Positions 26,301-41,510 of a DNA stretch of 64,000 nucleotides are shown here, piece by piece; position 1 is the first letter of the stretch, and the number at the start of each line of letters is the position of its first letter. The stretch is from Phoronis australis (lineage: Eukaryota; Animalia; Phoronida): contig NMRA01000547.1 of NCBI GenBank assembly GCA_002633005.1, forward strand, positions 73,561-137,560. The letters are read 5' to 3'. The translations under genes were made by a program, and so were the position numbers. Under the pieces are notes generated by a model. It worked only from the letters and a program-made list of their open reading frames with translations. It ran no database searches and was not told where the DNA came from.

Positions 26301-29300
26301 AAAACGTATTGTGACTGTAGTGCCACAGGCAGCGCACATTACTTGCATTCCCAGACATTTTATAGCTAAAAGACACTTCCAAAAACCTTAATCTGACACT
26401 CTTGATGAGTGTGCACAATTTCACAATTCAAGATTGAATTGCTTTGATGTAACTCAAATTACAACTTTCCAACGCATAACATTTTGACACAGCCTAAATG
26501 GTTGTACCACCTAAGATTATTCCAAGACTTAAGATTCATGTAGGCCAGTTCCTAGTTTTTCTGAAAATTTCTGAAAAATCAGTCCACAACTTTTGACTTT
26601 TTAAGTTAAACAGCATCCTTGACAGTGAATTTGTCACCTCCTAAAATCACAAAGCAACCATTTTAGTGTCATTCTTTGTTAAATTACGATTTAATTTTTT
26701 GGTTGTCCTAGATAAATTTCTAATTAAATACATGCCACACAACCGAAGTGACATTTGCATCCCGAATCAGGCCCCGCCAACTTTGTTTACATGCATTTTG
26801 AAACAGTTTGACAAACTATGCGTCATTGAGTATGTCACCTTGTTACAAATTAGACCATCATCTGCCTTTCTCTGAGTCTAATTCAGTATTTCTGGAAGTT
26901 GTTGCATAATGGGATCAAAGCATCACAAGTTTTCAAAAAGTATAAAAGTTCCGTTTCAACAACACTTGCTAAATTTAGTAAAGATCCTGCAAACGGTTTG
27001 GGAGATACAGCCATGGGCGCAAAAAAACAAAACTACCACTAGGAGGCGCCACAGTAGTCCAAATCATCTGAAAATCATTGTCAGCTGTCTTCCTTATAGT
27101 AAGCACATACACGCCAATTTTCACAATCATCCTTTGAGCGGTTTGGTTGATAGAGGGGTGGACGCAAAAATACAGACGCGAAAACAGTAAAAATGGCCAC
27201 TAGGTGGCGCAAACTATGTCGAATCCATCTGAAAACAGGAGGATAGCGTCATCTCACTAACAGGTGCCTACATACCAAACTTCATGAACATCCGTTAAGG
27301 ACTTTTGAAGATACAAAGATAAGCGTAAAAAATAAAATTGCCACCAGGGGGCACACCGGTAGTCGGATCCATTTAAAAGTCGTCATCTCCCGTTGTTAAC
27401 ATCATATAAATATACTTACACAATTTCGTAAAGATCCTGCGAACGGTTTAGGAGATACAGCCATAGGCGCAAAAAAACAAAACTGCCACTAGGAGGTGCC
27501 ACAGTAGTCGAAATCGTCGGAAAATCATCGTCAACCGTCCTCTACATAGTAAGCATATACATGCCAATTTTCACAATCATCCTTTGAGCGGTTTGGTTGA
27601 TAGAGGGGTGGACGCACAAAAACAGACTCGAAAACACTAAAAATGGCCACTAGGTGGCGCAAACTATGTCGAATCCATCTGAAAATGGGAGGATAGCGTC
27701 ATCTCACTAACAGGTGCCTACATACCAAATTTCATGAAAATCCAATAAGGACTTGTGAAGATACAAAGGTATGCGTAAAAAAATTAAAATTGCCACTAGG
27801 GGCACACCGGTAGTCGAATCCGTCCAAAAGTCGTGATCTTCCGTTGTTAACATCATATAAATATACTTACACAATTTCGTAAAGATCCTGCGAACGGTTT
27901 AGGAGATACAGCCATAGGCGCTAAAAAAACAAAACTGCCACTAGGAGGCGCCACAGTAGTCAAAATCGTCGGAAAATCATCGTCAACCGTCCTCTACATG
28001 GTAAGCATATACATGCCAATTTTCACAATCATCCTTTGAGCAGTTTGGTTGATAGAGGGGTGGACGCACAAAAGCAGACTCGAAAACACTAAAAATGGCC
28101 ACTAGGTGGCGCAAACTATGTCGAATCTATCTGAAAACGGCAGGATAGCGTCATCTCACTACTAGGTGCCTACACACCAAATTTCATGAAAATCCGTTCA
28201 GGACTTTTGAAGATACAAAGGTAAGCGTAAAAAAATAAAATTGCCACTAGGGGGCACACCGGTAGTCGGATCCGTCCGAAAGTTCGCACATGCCGTCCTA
28301 TTTATGAATGGAACTTATGTGCCAAATTTCATGAACGTATGTCAAAGGGTTTTGGAGATAGAGCAGCGGACGCCGGACGCCACCCGGACGGACGGACGGA
28401 CAGAGATGACGGCATAATGCGTCCACATATAAATATGTGGGCGCATAAAAAGCACACATGTGTATTTGCGTTATGATAGCAACTGTCCTGCCACTTCATG
28501 ATACACCTACCTGGACACTGACACTGCCCTGTAACTTGAGCTGTAACTTCTTCATGTCTGGCCGCACAAGGGCCGTCACTTCCCTCAGCTCTGCAACTTT
28601 CCGCTGCATCTCATCGACTGCGACTTCTAGTGGGTTCAGTTCCTGCTCCTTGTGATAAAGTACGAGGACTCGCTTCTTCACGTAGGGGAAGGAATGTGAT
28701 GCTGTTTGAATAAAATCCCCAATAATTCAACTTAGGAAACTGAAACCTCAGTCTTACAAACTACTGTACTCATCTGAGTTACCAGGCAATTAAAATGGGG
28801 AACTCAAAAAAATGGCACTCAAACATAAAGAGGGTGGGCTTTAAGCTGAGCATAGGCAATAAAAATGATATTTTGGGGAAGTCCAGGAGACGGGAAGCTT
28901 TGCAGATATTAGACGTCACACACAAAAGTCAAATAAAATATAAGCAGATTAAAGACAATGCCTAGAATAGAGAGATCGTGCACAGTAATCTAGTAATGTA
29001 ATCAAACTTTTTTATGCAGTAAATTTTCCAACTTTCCAGTTGCAAACATTACACATATGTAAGAAGCCGCCAGCCACTGCTCATGCAAATACTTCCATTG
29101 CTTTATTGCATAAGGGGAATGAGATCAAGTGACACAGAAAAATAGGAAAGTTGGTGATGTAGTTACATAATTTTTACATCTATTGGTCTTTTTTCACCCG
29201 CCTCTAGCTTATTTAAAATAGCATGTTTTGGTTAGACATTTCTTCGTCAATCTTCAGGAGGACTCGGACGTCTAGTGGCTAGAGTGCTGGACTGAGAACA

Positions 29301-32300
29301 GAAAGATCCCCGGTTCAAAGCCAACTCGGCACCACGAAAAAATATAATCCAGACCTCTTAAGCGGCAAAAGAATACATTATACGCAGGTAGAAGATGGCT
29401 TTACAAAACACTATTAAACAACAGTTTACTATAAATTTATATCATGAAAATATAGGCTGCCTGGCATGATGAAAACACAAGTTAACAAGAAAGTAAATAA
29501 ATTCAGCCACAACGCAACATACTTGGTGAAAAAATTGACAAGCAATAAATTTTCAGTATCTCAGTGTAAACACTCAGAATTATAGATTACAAAGACAACG
29601 CTTGCTGCTGCGTAGAATAAGAGACTGATAGTAATGTCAATATTTCAACAATGCTGTTTTTAATGCACTGCAGAAGACGTTAACAGAAAACGATGTCGCG
29701 GGTGGCTACCAAACTCTCGCCAGTAACTACTAACACTGCAACTTGAAATTGATGCAGTGTTTGAAAGTGCGCTTATTGTTTTGAAAATCAATTCCATGAA
29801 AATCACGGGTGGGCACAAGTTGAAGCTATGACCGCTTAATTTAAAATTCCCAAAAGTAAGGACCAGGCGCTTATGTGAGCATGGGCATTAAGTCGAATGT
29901 CTACAGTATATCTATGGAACATAATATATATCATTTCAACACAACGAACTGCCAGCCTGAGGAAAAACATAACTTGTTCAAAGTAACCTTATTTCTAAAA
30001 TTGCAACAAATACACTTTGATGAGATCTGGAAGAATTATTAGTGCTTGATGATGGAAGGCATACTTGTCAAAATGACTCTTCTTTTAAACTGCTCCTCAA
30101 TACTCCCGTGCGCTCGTTTCTTGTCTTTGGTGAAAGGAATTTCATACATAAACCGGCGTAGGTTGTTGTTTCGTTCAAACTCCGTCTGCCTTGTTTTCAA
30201 GTCGCTCTCATCAAAAAATGGCACAACATAGGTCACTTGTATGTAAGCGTATTTTGCCTTCAGCTCCTTGAGATCCACCTTAAACAAGAATAGTGTATGT
30301 GACACTTGCAGTGCTTACCCAGGTCTATTACAATACAATACTCACTCACAAGTGAAAGTCTACTGATCACTTGCTCCCATATGAACATTCTATAACACCT
30401 CCCAGGACTAATGATATGGTAAAAATTCCCAAATTTATGACAGCCCCCCAAATTGTGGACATAAAAATCCAACCCCAACTGAATTTTTCTTGTTCTGTAA
30501 TTTGGGACACCGTTGAATTTGGCATTCACCATATTTCTGAAATTTTGGACACATAGATTTTTAATAGTGGCATTGACCATAATTCTCACATTTCAGACAA
30601 TGCACTTTTTTGCATGATCCGTTATTATTACACGTCGTTTAAAACTGCCACCGTGTAATGTATTGAGTGATGTCCCAGTATCAATGCAGATGGTTTGTAT
30701 ATATCTTGCACATTTTCTTGGCAGTCGTAATGATGGAATCGAAATATTTGGCTTGCTTGATATGGTATCACTATGCATATGAAATGTATGTTCTCCGACT
30801 TTCGCGTAATCGCCAGTGCCACGCTTTGTTTTTAATGAGCACCGGTGATGAGACCTGGTTCACGGCTCTTTTTTTTCTGCGAACCTGTGGCCTACTTACC
30901 TTCCTCTCAGTGCCCCAACCTTCGCTATGCCATGCGCCCAAATTGGCGAAAAGATGTTCTTTGTCAACTTAAAGTAGACTTTGTGAAAAGCAAAAATCCA
31001 TGTCCTAGTTTGTTGTGCAGTATACGTTAAAAATGTTCATGTTGTAAATATGTCTTTATGTCTCCCTATTCACATTCTATTTACAAGCCTATATGAATTC
31101 CACACAAAATGTTACAGCTCTCTTGAATCAAGGTTAAGAATTTTGAAGCCATCTAAAACTGAGTATGAACCTATTAATCTTTAGTCAAAGCTGCTCCTTT
31201 CCACCCGTCCCCAGTCTTTTGACCCATGGCATGTGATTTGTAAAATAAAACCTAGGCTCATAGCGGAGATTGATCTGAATCTGCATGCGCAAATAAAAAA
31301 TTAATAAGTGAACGGCACGGCTATCGGGCCGGAGTGCAGTGAACATAGAACAGATAAAATTAGAGCTGCAGTACCAGGAATGCAAGAGCCAAGATTATTG
31401 GGACAAACCGCTTTTATATTAAAGCATAATTAGCGTCGAAGAAGCTATCACCCTTGTAAGCCAGCTGCTTGAACACTCACTTGCGCATGGTGGTGTTTTA
31501 CAGTTTAATTGTGATATGGCCTGTTGCTAAGTTTCAGAATAATAATTCCAAACTTTTATTGATTGAATATAGCAAGTTCTATAATTGTCAAATAAACGCT
31601 CGGATACGTAATCGAACTAAGACCGCGGGGACCTTATTCACATGTATCTCGTTGGCAGGAACACTGTTTCGGCGGACTGTTTCGGCGGTCTGTTTGAGTG
31701 ACAGGTTTCCGTCCACACAAATGTGCTAATACAACCGTAAATGCAACTCTTTTGTTGCTTTTTAAAAGTTTGCAGTCGCCTGGACAGGGCCTAAAATGCA
31801 TATTGAAATTAAGATTAGCAACACATTTTTTTGTACTTTACATTCATTAAATTGCATTCATGTCGTAAATGTGTAATAGTTGCCTTTTTAGAAATGATGC
31901 TCAGCCAATAACAGTATATACAATGTAGTCAGTTGAATTAAACATGTCTGTGTACATGCAATACGTAAAATTGCGTTACAGAATCATTATCTGATCATGT
32001 ATTGAATATTAATATGGGTCTGGCATTAGACTATAAACGAAGAAATGCATTTAAAACATGACCAGTTTAGTGTTTCGTAACAAAAACAATTAAGCATATT
32101 GCATCTATCTAAGTTCCGTGGATGGGGTTAAAAGTTTATTTTCCTTGTAATCAACAGTTGGATATCAGGAAGGGCTTCAACATTTTCACTAATGGGTGCA
32201 AGTGCATTAGGAATGGTGATTAGCCTCTGTCACAACAAAACTGTGCCATTGTCGAAAAAACGCGAGACAAAACCTATCAATGGGTCACCATGACATACCT

Positions 32301-35300
32301 GTGCAACTCAAATTAGAGGAGAATGCCACCCAAAAACAACCTAGTTTGTATCAATAAACATCTAACCGTAAGATACAAAATCGATTTATTGTTTCACAAC
32401 AGCTTTCTTTCAGCAAACACTGAATCAGCCCACACAGCCGGTGGCCAGTCAATTTTTTATTGCATCTAAAGCCGTTAACACAGTGATTTATTCATTACAG
32501 GCTTCTCAAAACATTTGCACTCAAGAACACTCCAAGACATTACAAATTGTATCTGTTGAGACACTTCGTTTCAGATAATACAAGCATTGGTTAGAGTGAA
32601 AGCAATTCATTTTGAAACAGAACACACAATATTAAACATCAACGTGGCAACTTGCAATTCCGACGAGTGCTCATCCGATGAAGACTTCACATGTTGATCA
32701 TTTGGTTTCACAGGCTATCAGTTCGAACCGGAATACACTGATCAAGAAATAATAGAGGGGCTCCGTGAACGCGCACAGACAATGGAACATAGTTCCGAAA
32801 AACATTTGAATGACTTGTCATGGTGTCAGTGAGCTAACTACACTATAATGGAAATGACTGACAATGTTTCATGGCTAACTACAATTCTCCATAATCAAAA
32901 ACTGATCAACAACCAATCCGACGAAATGCAGGCCACTGACAGACATGGAGAAGTTTCACGTCCTCATACTTGGTATTAATGGCGTACTTTTCATTCTTCA
33001 CTACTGTGAGCCACATCCGAAGCATTATGGGCTCTCGAGGAAATCAAAAATATGATATACCCACTTTCCTCGCAGCTTCATAGTTTGCATAAGCCGGAAC
33101 AATACACCACACCATAGTGGTACTCAGTCTGTAGAAGAACCACTGACATCGCTGCTTCGTTTCTCACCTTCTCACACGTTAATGCGACACCTCTTAGCAA
33201 GGTAAGATCGACTGCATCATAACAGCATTTTCACGTTCAGTGACTTTACCAGAGGTAGAGGGTTACGAGCGTATAACCTCTAGCTTCTTTATTATCTGCC
33301 AAGCAGTCTTTTGTCTGGTATGACAACAGGCAGGACAATTATCTACCAGGTTTATTACAGACTACATGTCAAACCCAGAGCGAATTGGTATGTTCGGAAT
33401 TAGATTGTCGTATCTTCGGTTGTAGTTGGGTGATTTTGGCGATTCAAAAACTAAACATGATCACCATTTGACGAGGATTTCAGAAATGCTATTGCTTTAT
33501 GTTTAAATATGTTGTAACTTAACTTTTATTTTTAACAACACAGCCCAGTCAAGTTAGATACGATCTAATAATGGAGATTAAAGTGATCATCGAACAAAAG
33601 AGAGCCAGTCCTCCAACCATAAATGACAGAATGGAGTTAATCAGTCGTGTAAGATATTGGCTACTGGGGTCATCTTCCCGACTTGTTGTTGGGCTATAGA
33701 ATCCAACAAGTTGGGAGCAATGGGAAAATGCCGTACTGTACGAGGTGACGTGGATATAGACCAATTAGGATGTTAAAAAATACTAAATCGGGTGGCATTC
33801 TCCTTTAACTACGCGCGTGGCATAAGGCTATTTTTTGTAGATAACCAAGACGGGTAAGATCTGCAACATCGAACCCTCCACTTAAAACAATGGTTGTGAG
33901 TGAAAAGGTCTGAGTGACATGGTTTTAATATTTTATAAGAACTTACAGCATTAATAGAGTATTTTTCGAAACTGTTGACAACCTAGAAGATTGATTTGAA
34001 ATTTGCATGAATCAACAGTGGTGTATTTCACAAATGGTTCATTAGCTTTGCTACTACTAATCTTCAGATGGTTTCTTCAAAGGTGTGAATCCTACCTTGT
34101 TTGAGTCTTGAATCAATTTGACATTGCCTTCACCAAACTTGTCTGAGTAGAGTTTCTTCAGTCTATCACAGATCTCAGCGAGTCCTGTTATCTTTGGTTC
34201 TTTATAGATATATTCCTTACCATCTTCCTCTTCAAAAAAATTCTGAAAAACAGAACAGTGTTTGCCAAACATGAACTGATTGTAATGCCGTGGTACGGCA
34301 TGTACACAGCTACCAATCCTCTCTCTCATGATCCACGTGAGCAATTTCACTAGCGCTATCCTTTTTCCATCAACACAAGCTGTAGCTCTTCTCATCAACC
34401 GTAATGCAGTTCCTACAAACAAACTCAATTCTTTTCTCATCAACTCATTACAGCGTTCTGTCCTTCAGTAACTTTTCCAGAGGTGAGGGGTGATGAACAT
34501 GTGATAACATCTGGCTCTTTTGTTAACTGCCCAGGGCAGTATTTTATCCCGTATGATAACAAGCAGGCCAATTATCTCTCAAGCTTCAAAGGAAACGTAT
34601 GGTGGTTGCATGCTATTACCGATCTGCATATGAACACAGTCAAACCCAGTGCATCTGTTTGGACAGAATAGATTGTCTTAACTTTTGTTGTAGTTGGGCG
34701 ATTTTGGCGATTCAAAAACGGAACATGATCAGCATTTGACGAGGAATTCAGAAATGCTATTGGTTTAAGCTCAAATATGTTATAACTTAACTTTCATTTT
34801 TATCAGCCCAGCCGTCAGTCTAGATATGATCTGATCGGAGATTATATCAATTATCGAACAAAAGTGCGCAGGCCCTCCAACCATAAATGCCAGAATGGAG
34901 TTAATCAGTCGTGTAAGATATTGGCTACGGGGGTAAACTTCCCAGCTGGAGCAACGGGATGTCGCTGTCATGTTCTGCGAAAAGAGCATGCTAGCAATTC
35001 CTTGTCTGTTAACAGACTTCTTTTCTCAGGTACTGCAGCATTACAGTACACACATACATACATATGTTGTTGTACATACATGAACACCTTATATGCAGTA
35101 CACTAGCTATTTTCATGATATCAGAAAGACATATCTCTTGCTGACGATATTAATGCGAAATTCATTAGTCCCCTGCTTTGTGGTAACATGCTGTGGGGAC
35201 AAAATTATATACAGTTTCATTGCACCTCTCAAGCAAAAGGTTTTGAACAACACAAAGACAATCCTTTGCATAGTCAAAAACATCTTTTAAAGTAAGTCTA

Positions 35301-38300
35301 GAGTACCTGTCCAAAGAAGGCTACGCGGAAGAACTTTCCAAGGAGGCGTTTCCCAGAATGCATTACTTCCACAACCTTTGAGTAAGATTCATGAAGTGTT
35401 TGATAAGTCTCAGCTAGCCTCTGGAATACACGAAGAACACAAGAGATTTGAACAGATTTCCAACTATACACGTCTCTTATGTAATGATCTTAATGCTATG
35501 TAGGACCCTGGAAACCTCCTCCAAGCACGTACTCAAAATACTACAGGAAGCAACAGATCGAAGTCGGAATTGTTCAGGAAAATTGGAAGGGCCCCAATTG
35601 TGTTTGACTGCACCAAAAGGTGAGCCTACGGGCGAGAAATTGATTGGGCCAAGAGGGTGAAAAATTACTGAGCGCGTTCAATTTATGCATATTGCCTTTG
35701 AGCACGTATGAAAATAAATTGTCTTAAATAACTTTAGTAGTGTCTGAAATTTAGACCAGTCTAAATCAATTTTCACATTGGGCTCAAAATTCTTGTAATC
35801 ACTACTCCAAATCCTTAAAGCAAAAAGCCTTTTAGCAGTCACAACTATGCCCAAAACCACACAACTAAACTGCATCCTCTAAAAACACCAGACGTGCATT
35901 CCATTGGAGCAAAAACCAAGCGAAAACGTAAAACCATGCAAGATTTCAATAGATGTGGCTTGTATTACAAGTGAAGCAGGTGAACGTAGCTTCACTCACC
36001 AGCTGGTTGTGTCTACTAGGGAACTCCGTCCAGGCTTTTTGCTTGATATTGCCCAAACATCAATAAGGCCTAACCACCTCTGTCTGCATTTTAGCACAAC
36101 AAACATTATTCTTCAAATCACAGGTTTTAAGTGGCAAGAATGACCGATGGTATATCTATGTACGATATGTAGATATTTTTATTTATTGTGCTTTTGATGA
36201 CTTGTTATCAGTGCATGACGGACTTGAGCATCATTCTGCATTGACATTTACCCACAAGCTTCCTATAAATGACGTGATTCCGTTTTTGGACGTGCTCGTG
36301 AACCATTCTCCATTTGAATTGTCTACATCAGTTTATCACAAGCCTACTGATGAAGGTTTTCTGTCTTCATGCCAGAAGTGAGTGCCCTGAGCGGTATAAG
36401 ATCACCGTTGTGGCCAACTTCATAAATAGGGTGTATTCCCTGACGTCCAATTGGCTATTGTTTATTCAAGAGGTAGCTCGCATAAGACAAACACTGGTGA
36501 ATAATGGGTACACCAATGCTTTTGCAGACTTCCATATTAAGCGATTCATGTCCAGATTTAATTGTGAAGTCCCTGCACATCGGACCGGTGTGACCAAAAA
36601 GGTTTTATAAAAATGTCAAGTTCAATAATTACCTCCAGGACAAATACGCCATTAAGAAAATTATTAGGGATAATGTTACAGTTTGTAAGCTCTATGATTA
36701 CCTCAATGATATCATTTATTATCGGAATAGGAAGTCCTCCAACTTGGTCATGAAAATAACATTTCTAAAGCGAAGGTCCGCCCTGTTGCCTAGTGAAGTG
36801 TTGTTTATGAGTTTGTATGCCCTATGAATGACTGTCTTCGCTCAAATGTCAAAAAATGTTACATTGGTCAAACGGTTTGCAGTCTTTCCCATCGGTTATC
36901 TGTTCATCTTCAAAATGGTGCCATCAAAGATCATTTTCTGCAATGTCATGAACGTAAAATCACCCGTTAAGAAATTGAGGAAAACATGTCAATTTGGTAT
37001 GTAGAGCACGATGTGCTGCGATTGAAATTATTGGAGTCCCTTTTGATTGCATTTGAAAACCCTGTTTTGAATGAGCAGCAAACAGGTTCGCGTTGCACGT
37101 TACGCTTGTTTGAATGACTTTCCTCTTACCCCCTTTCATTTGTCATTCTTTGCCGTATTTCACACCTGCCGTGTCCCACTGTGTATGTCTCCAGCTTATG
37201 CTCTGTGTCAAAATTTCAAAGAAATCGTCAATCTGTTCTAAAGATACTATTGAAAAACACGCTTCCCCAAACAATACTTGAAAAGCTTTAGTCGGAAACA
37301 AAATGGCCACTAGGAAGTGCTACAATAATCGAATCCACACAGAAATTTAATGGAGACGGTGCATTGATATCACACATCTTTGCGTGAAGTTTCATTGAAA
37401 TCTGTAAATCCGTTCTCTAGATATTATCCAGAAACGCTCTTCCCTCAAAACTCAAAAATTCAAAAACATCATGCCCCCACAGACCCTGGGCAGATTGAAA
37501 AGTAGCATGAATCATTCTAGTGATACCCTTCACCCTTGTACTAAATGTCATCAAAATCTGACCAGGGGATTTTAAAATATTGTGCGGACACCCAGACAGA
37601 TGGACAACTGGACACTCGCACAAAGTGATGACAATATGTGACCATATGTTGTGTGTGTGCGTGTGTGTGCGTGTTTGTGCGCGCACGCATATGCACGCGT
37701 GTGTGTGTGCATAATTAAATCGCACAAAACCGAAACATGAAAACGTGGTTTTCCTGTTCAATATTACTTTAATAACAATCCTCTTGTCAAGTATATGAGA
37801 TCATACCTCAAAGTCTCTGTTGGCTTCATAGACAGGTATCACAAGGCGGTAGATCTCACCAAGCAGTTCATATCTTTCCGCTTTTCGAAAACGTATGGCA
37901 CATTCCTCAAGTAACTCTATTAAGGTTTCCTTCAAATGAAAGCAATTTAGTTCATCAGAATCTTATCACAAGCAAAATATTCAAAAACAATCAGAAAGAT
38001 TGGTAGAGTTGACATACCGTTTAATAAAAATATCTAATTTAGGAAAAAATAATAATAATTCAAATTCCAAAGGCTTCTAACATTTGTGAATGCCCACAAC
38101 TTTTCAAAATATTGTCTGAGGGTAACTACGGTATAGACCTTGGACATCGACAAGCATTTACCTTTGTGCTACAAATGTAATGGAAAAAATGAAGAAAATT
38201 TCACTTGTCAGCCATATTGTGTCCTATACTGGTGAGATTTTACCATATGCACACCTTTTACAGTACAAATTGTGATCACTTTGACTAAAAATTTTGTGTG

Positions 38301-41300
38301 TGAAAGCAATTGCTCACATCACTGTACTGCACATCCTCCATGCCAGAGTCATCCTTTATCCCTGATTCTTCATTCTCTACATTTGGTGAGATGTTCTTGA
38401 AGGCTATGCAGCCCTGCGGGTACGAACCTAACAAAAACAACAAATAATAATTACATACTATAAATTTTTTCACATGTCTTTTTGAATAAACTTAAGGTTG
38501 TGCAATACCCTAGAAAAATTTCCAAATTTGAAAGATCACATCTCAGAAAAGGTTGATTAGATTGAAATGAAACTTTTAGATACTATGCTTTGAATAATGT
38601 TCACCAAAACATAGTTAGCTACTTTTGCATAACGAGCTATCAAAAGAGGACATCAATTGACAAGATTTATAAGACTACTTAAAAAGTAGCATAAAACAAA
38701 GACGAAACAAAATAAGTTAGAAAACTGCAACAGCACTTTTGAGGTTTCACCTTGAACATTTATATAAAGTCATTTTATTAGTACTGCTATTTTGCTATAA
38801 ATGAACTTTTCCAAAACCGTTTTTACTAAAAAGACACGATTGTCACGTGACTGTTTCCTTTTGCCAGTCAGCTTCCAACCACCGATAAGATCATCTGAGA
38901 AGACTTCACAATCAGTTCACTATGGGAAACTTCCCCCCCAATAACCTTCACCTTATCCTCAGTGGGTGTACCTATGGGGAGAGCATTTGTGCTGTGACCT
39001 CCTTGCAGAAGGTAATTCAGTCCACGACTGAAATAATAACTGATCGGCATTGAGTTAAAGTTCACATTCTACAGACTTTCCACTTTCAAAAAATATTTAC
39101 TTTCTTTGAGTTAAATTTTATACTATTAAACAATTTGCTAAATGTACAGACTGGCAGATACGTTACTGGTTATGACTAAATAGCTAAAAATCTTGATCTG
39201 TCCACAAACTTAAGAGCACAACTTTCATTGCCACAAATTCTCATGAAACAGTTTTTCTTGTTTGAAAATTGGCTTATTGTCAACAAATACCAAAAGTAAA
39301 CAATTGTTGGACTGGACTTCTTACAGCCTATATTCTTATTATGAATGGTTGTGGTGATAATAGGCATTCTGTATGAGACTAATCAAACATGATTAAGTAT
39401 TTTTCCATAAAGAAAAAAAAGAGTCCTCATGGCCTAATTGTAAATTATCCAAATGTGTTATACACTTTCGTTGTAATTGGCTAAGCAAAAAATCATGCCT
39501 CTCCCATTCGCAGAATAAGAAAATAAGACTTGGAAAAATGATTGTAGGAATACACCAATAAACTTCTCTAACCTATCTAACTTTCGAACTGTCAAAACAA
39601 ATCTGGTGTAATCTTTTAAAGTCCTAGTAGTATGGGATTTGAACAGTGATCAGGGCATTAAATTATGTTACAAGGAAGCCACCAGTACCTACAAGTGAGG
39701 CAAAAATTCACAAAAAACACATTTCACCACCTTAAGCCGAGTGGCACTCTGCCATTTTAGGCCTAATACTGCGAAATCGAAATTAAGATTCATTCAATAA
39801 TGATTCAATAAGGCCATCATTCGAATCTTACTTGTGCACTTAGGTAAAGAAGAGCAAAGCAACGAATACACAACTTTGCTATACATTAAAGATATTCTGA
39901 CAATTGTTGAAAACATTGAAAACAAATTTTGACAAGAAAAACAGACATAAGACTCTGTCGGTAGAGAAAGTGAAGACCTCGGACAAGATGCCACTTAGCA
40001 GGATCACATCATCCATTGCCAGTGTTAGTGATAAGCAAATTTTTATCACATGGAGATGTAAAATCCTGAAATTATCATACAATTGAAAAATAGATTAACA
40101 ATTATCTTACATTGTGCATGCAAATAGCGAACCAGGTGAGGTGTATCTTTTAACTAGTTCATGCGACGATAGAGAAAACTAAATGCAAGCACATTTGGGA
40201 GTTAGACGGGCAACACTCTACAAGGGATGGATAATTGTATGACAGTGAATCACATGGTGGCACGAACAACACATAAATTCAAGTTTACAAAGTCATTAAT
40301 AGTTTTCAAATAGAATTATGGACATCATAGAATCATGGGACGTATTTCTGCAGGAGAAAACCAAATACTAGCTATTATATCAACAATTGATACAGGTTGT
40401 TTTCTCCGTAAGAGTTCACATTTCGAGTTAACTTCCCTAGAGTGGGAAGTAATCTCATGATTAGGGTATGTTGATACGTCTTATTGGTTGGATCTTGCGT
40501 TCTCGACAATTTCTATCAATTTCCAGTACTTCCTGCCTCGATCTTTGTCAATTTTGGCGCTTTGAAACACAATTGAAACTTTTTAAAGAGAAATATATGC
40601 TGAAAATTCATACGTAGTGAATTTTTAGGCACAAAAAGCCCTATAAATTCGTAACAGTTGGCAGCCCTGCTAATAGAAAAATAACAGTGCCATGACCAAA
40701 GACCAAGTCAGACAAGAGCTCTACATAAAAATAACAAAACCGTTGGTTTTCTCGTTCTGTCAACATTGAGACAAAAACAGTGAAAAATCTCAAAGCAAAT
40801 GTGCGTGAATTTGGATGAAAACCAACTCCCAAAACTGGAAACGCTAAAACACTTAGCAAAAAGTAAACAAAGAAAGCAACACTAAAAAGTTCAAAACTTT
40901 AAAGCAAAAACTTTGTTTAGTTCATTAGATACCCGGTCCGATTTTCTGCGAGTTCTACGTCATCAATAGATTTGTACAAAAACCCCTGCCCTGTAGATTC
41001 CTCAAACAGTCATCTAAAGTCCTTTTGTGTTCAGTGACAACATAAAAAACACTGGCCAAAATAAATTATCGCATGATGCAGCTTGTACGCTAACATTTGG
41101 CCTTTCATCACCCCAATGCCATAAGTATGCATAAGCCACACTGCGACTAAACCGTCCTTTTATGAAAGTTAATATGTATAGCTCAGCAGCACTGCTAAAG
41201 AAAACCAATTCGCTAATTGCTCTAACAATTCATCAATTCTAAAAATTCAAAGACAGCTGATATTTACTTTTCATCATTAGACATGTGACTTGTTTGCTTT

Positions 41301-41470
41301 ACTTATTATTAGTTTTTTACCTTGAAACTCATATACTTAAGAAGAACGTTGTTATAGCAGCAATTATTTTATCCATTATCCAGTACACAAACTTGCATGC
41401 TTTGGTGGCGCTGCAAAAATTATTGTTGTGCATTGTTTTTTAGGACACATTGCCTTGTTTGAACAATGTA

Positions 41471-41510
<40 letters not shown>

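Noticed and set aside
26981-28330. Regularly spaced conserved motifs resembling a CRISPR array
   Set aside because: The intervening sequences are themselves repeated (450-bp units), the context is a eukaryotic intron, and no cas genes are present.
36968-36970. In-frame stop in the GIY-YIG domain as selenocysteine recoding
   Set aside because: The codon is TAA, not TGA, and the element has other disabling mutations.
38868-39065. Minus-strand ORF with splice-like borders next to a DOCK exon
   Set aside because: No DOCK similarity, not needed to keep the frame, and it lies within a probable TTAA-flanked TE (about 38495-40480) whose ends I could not establish.
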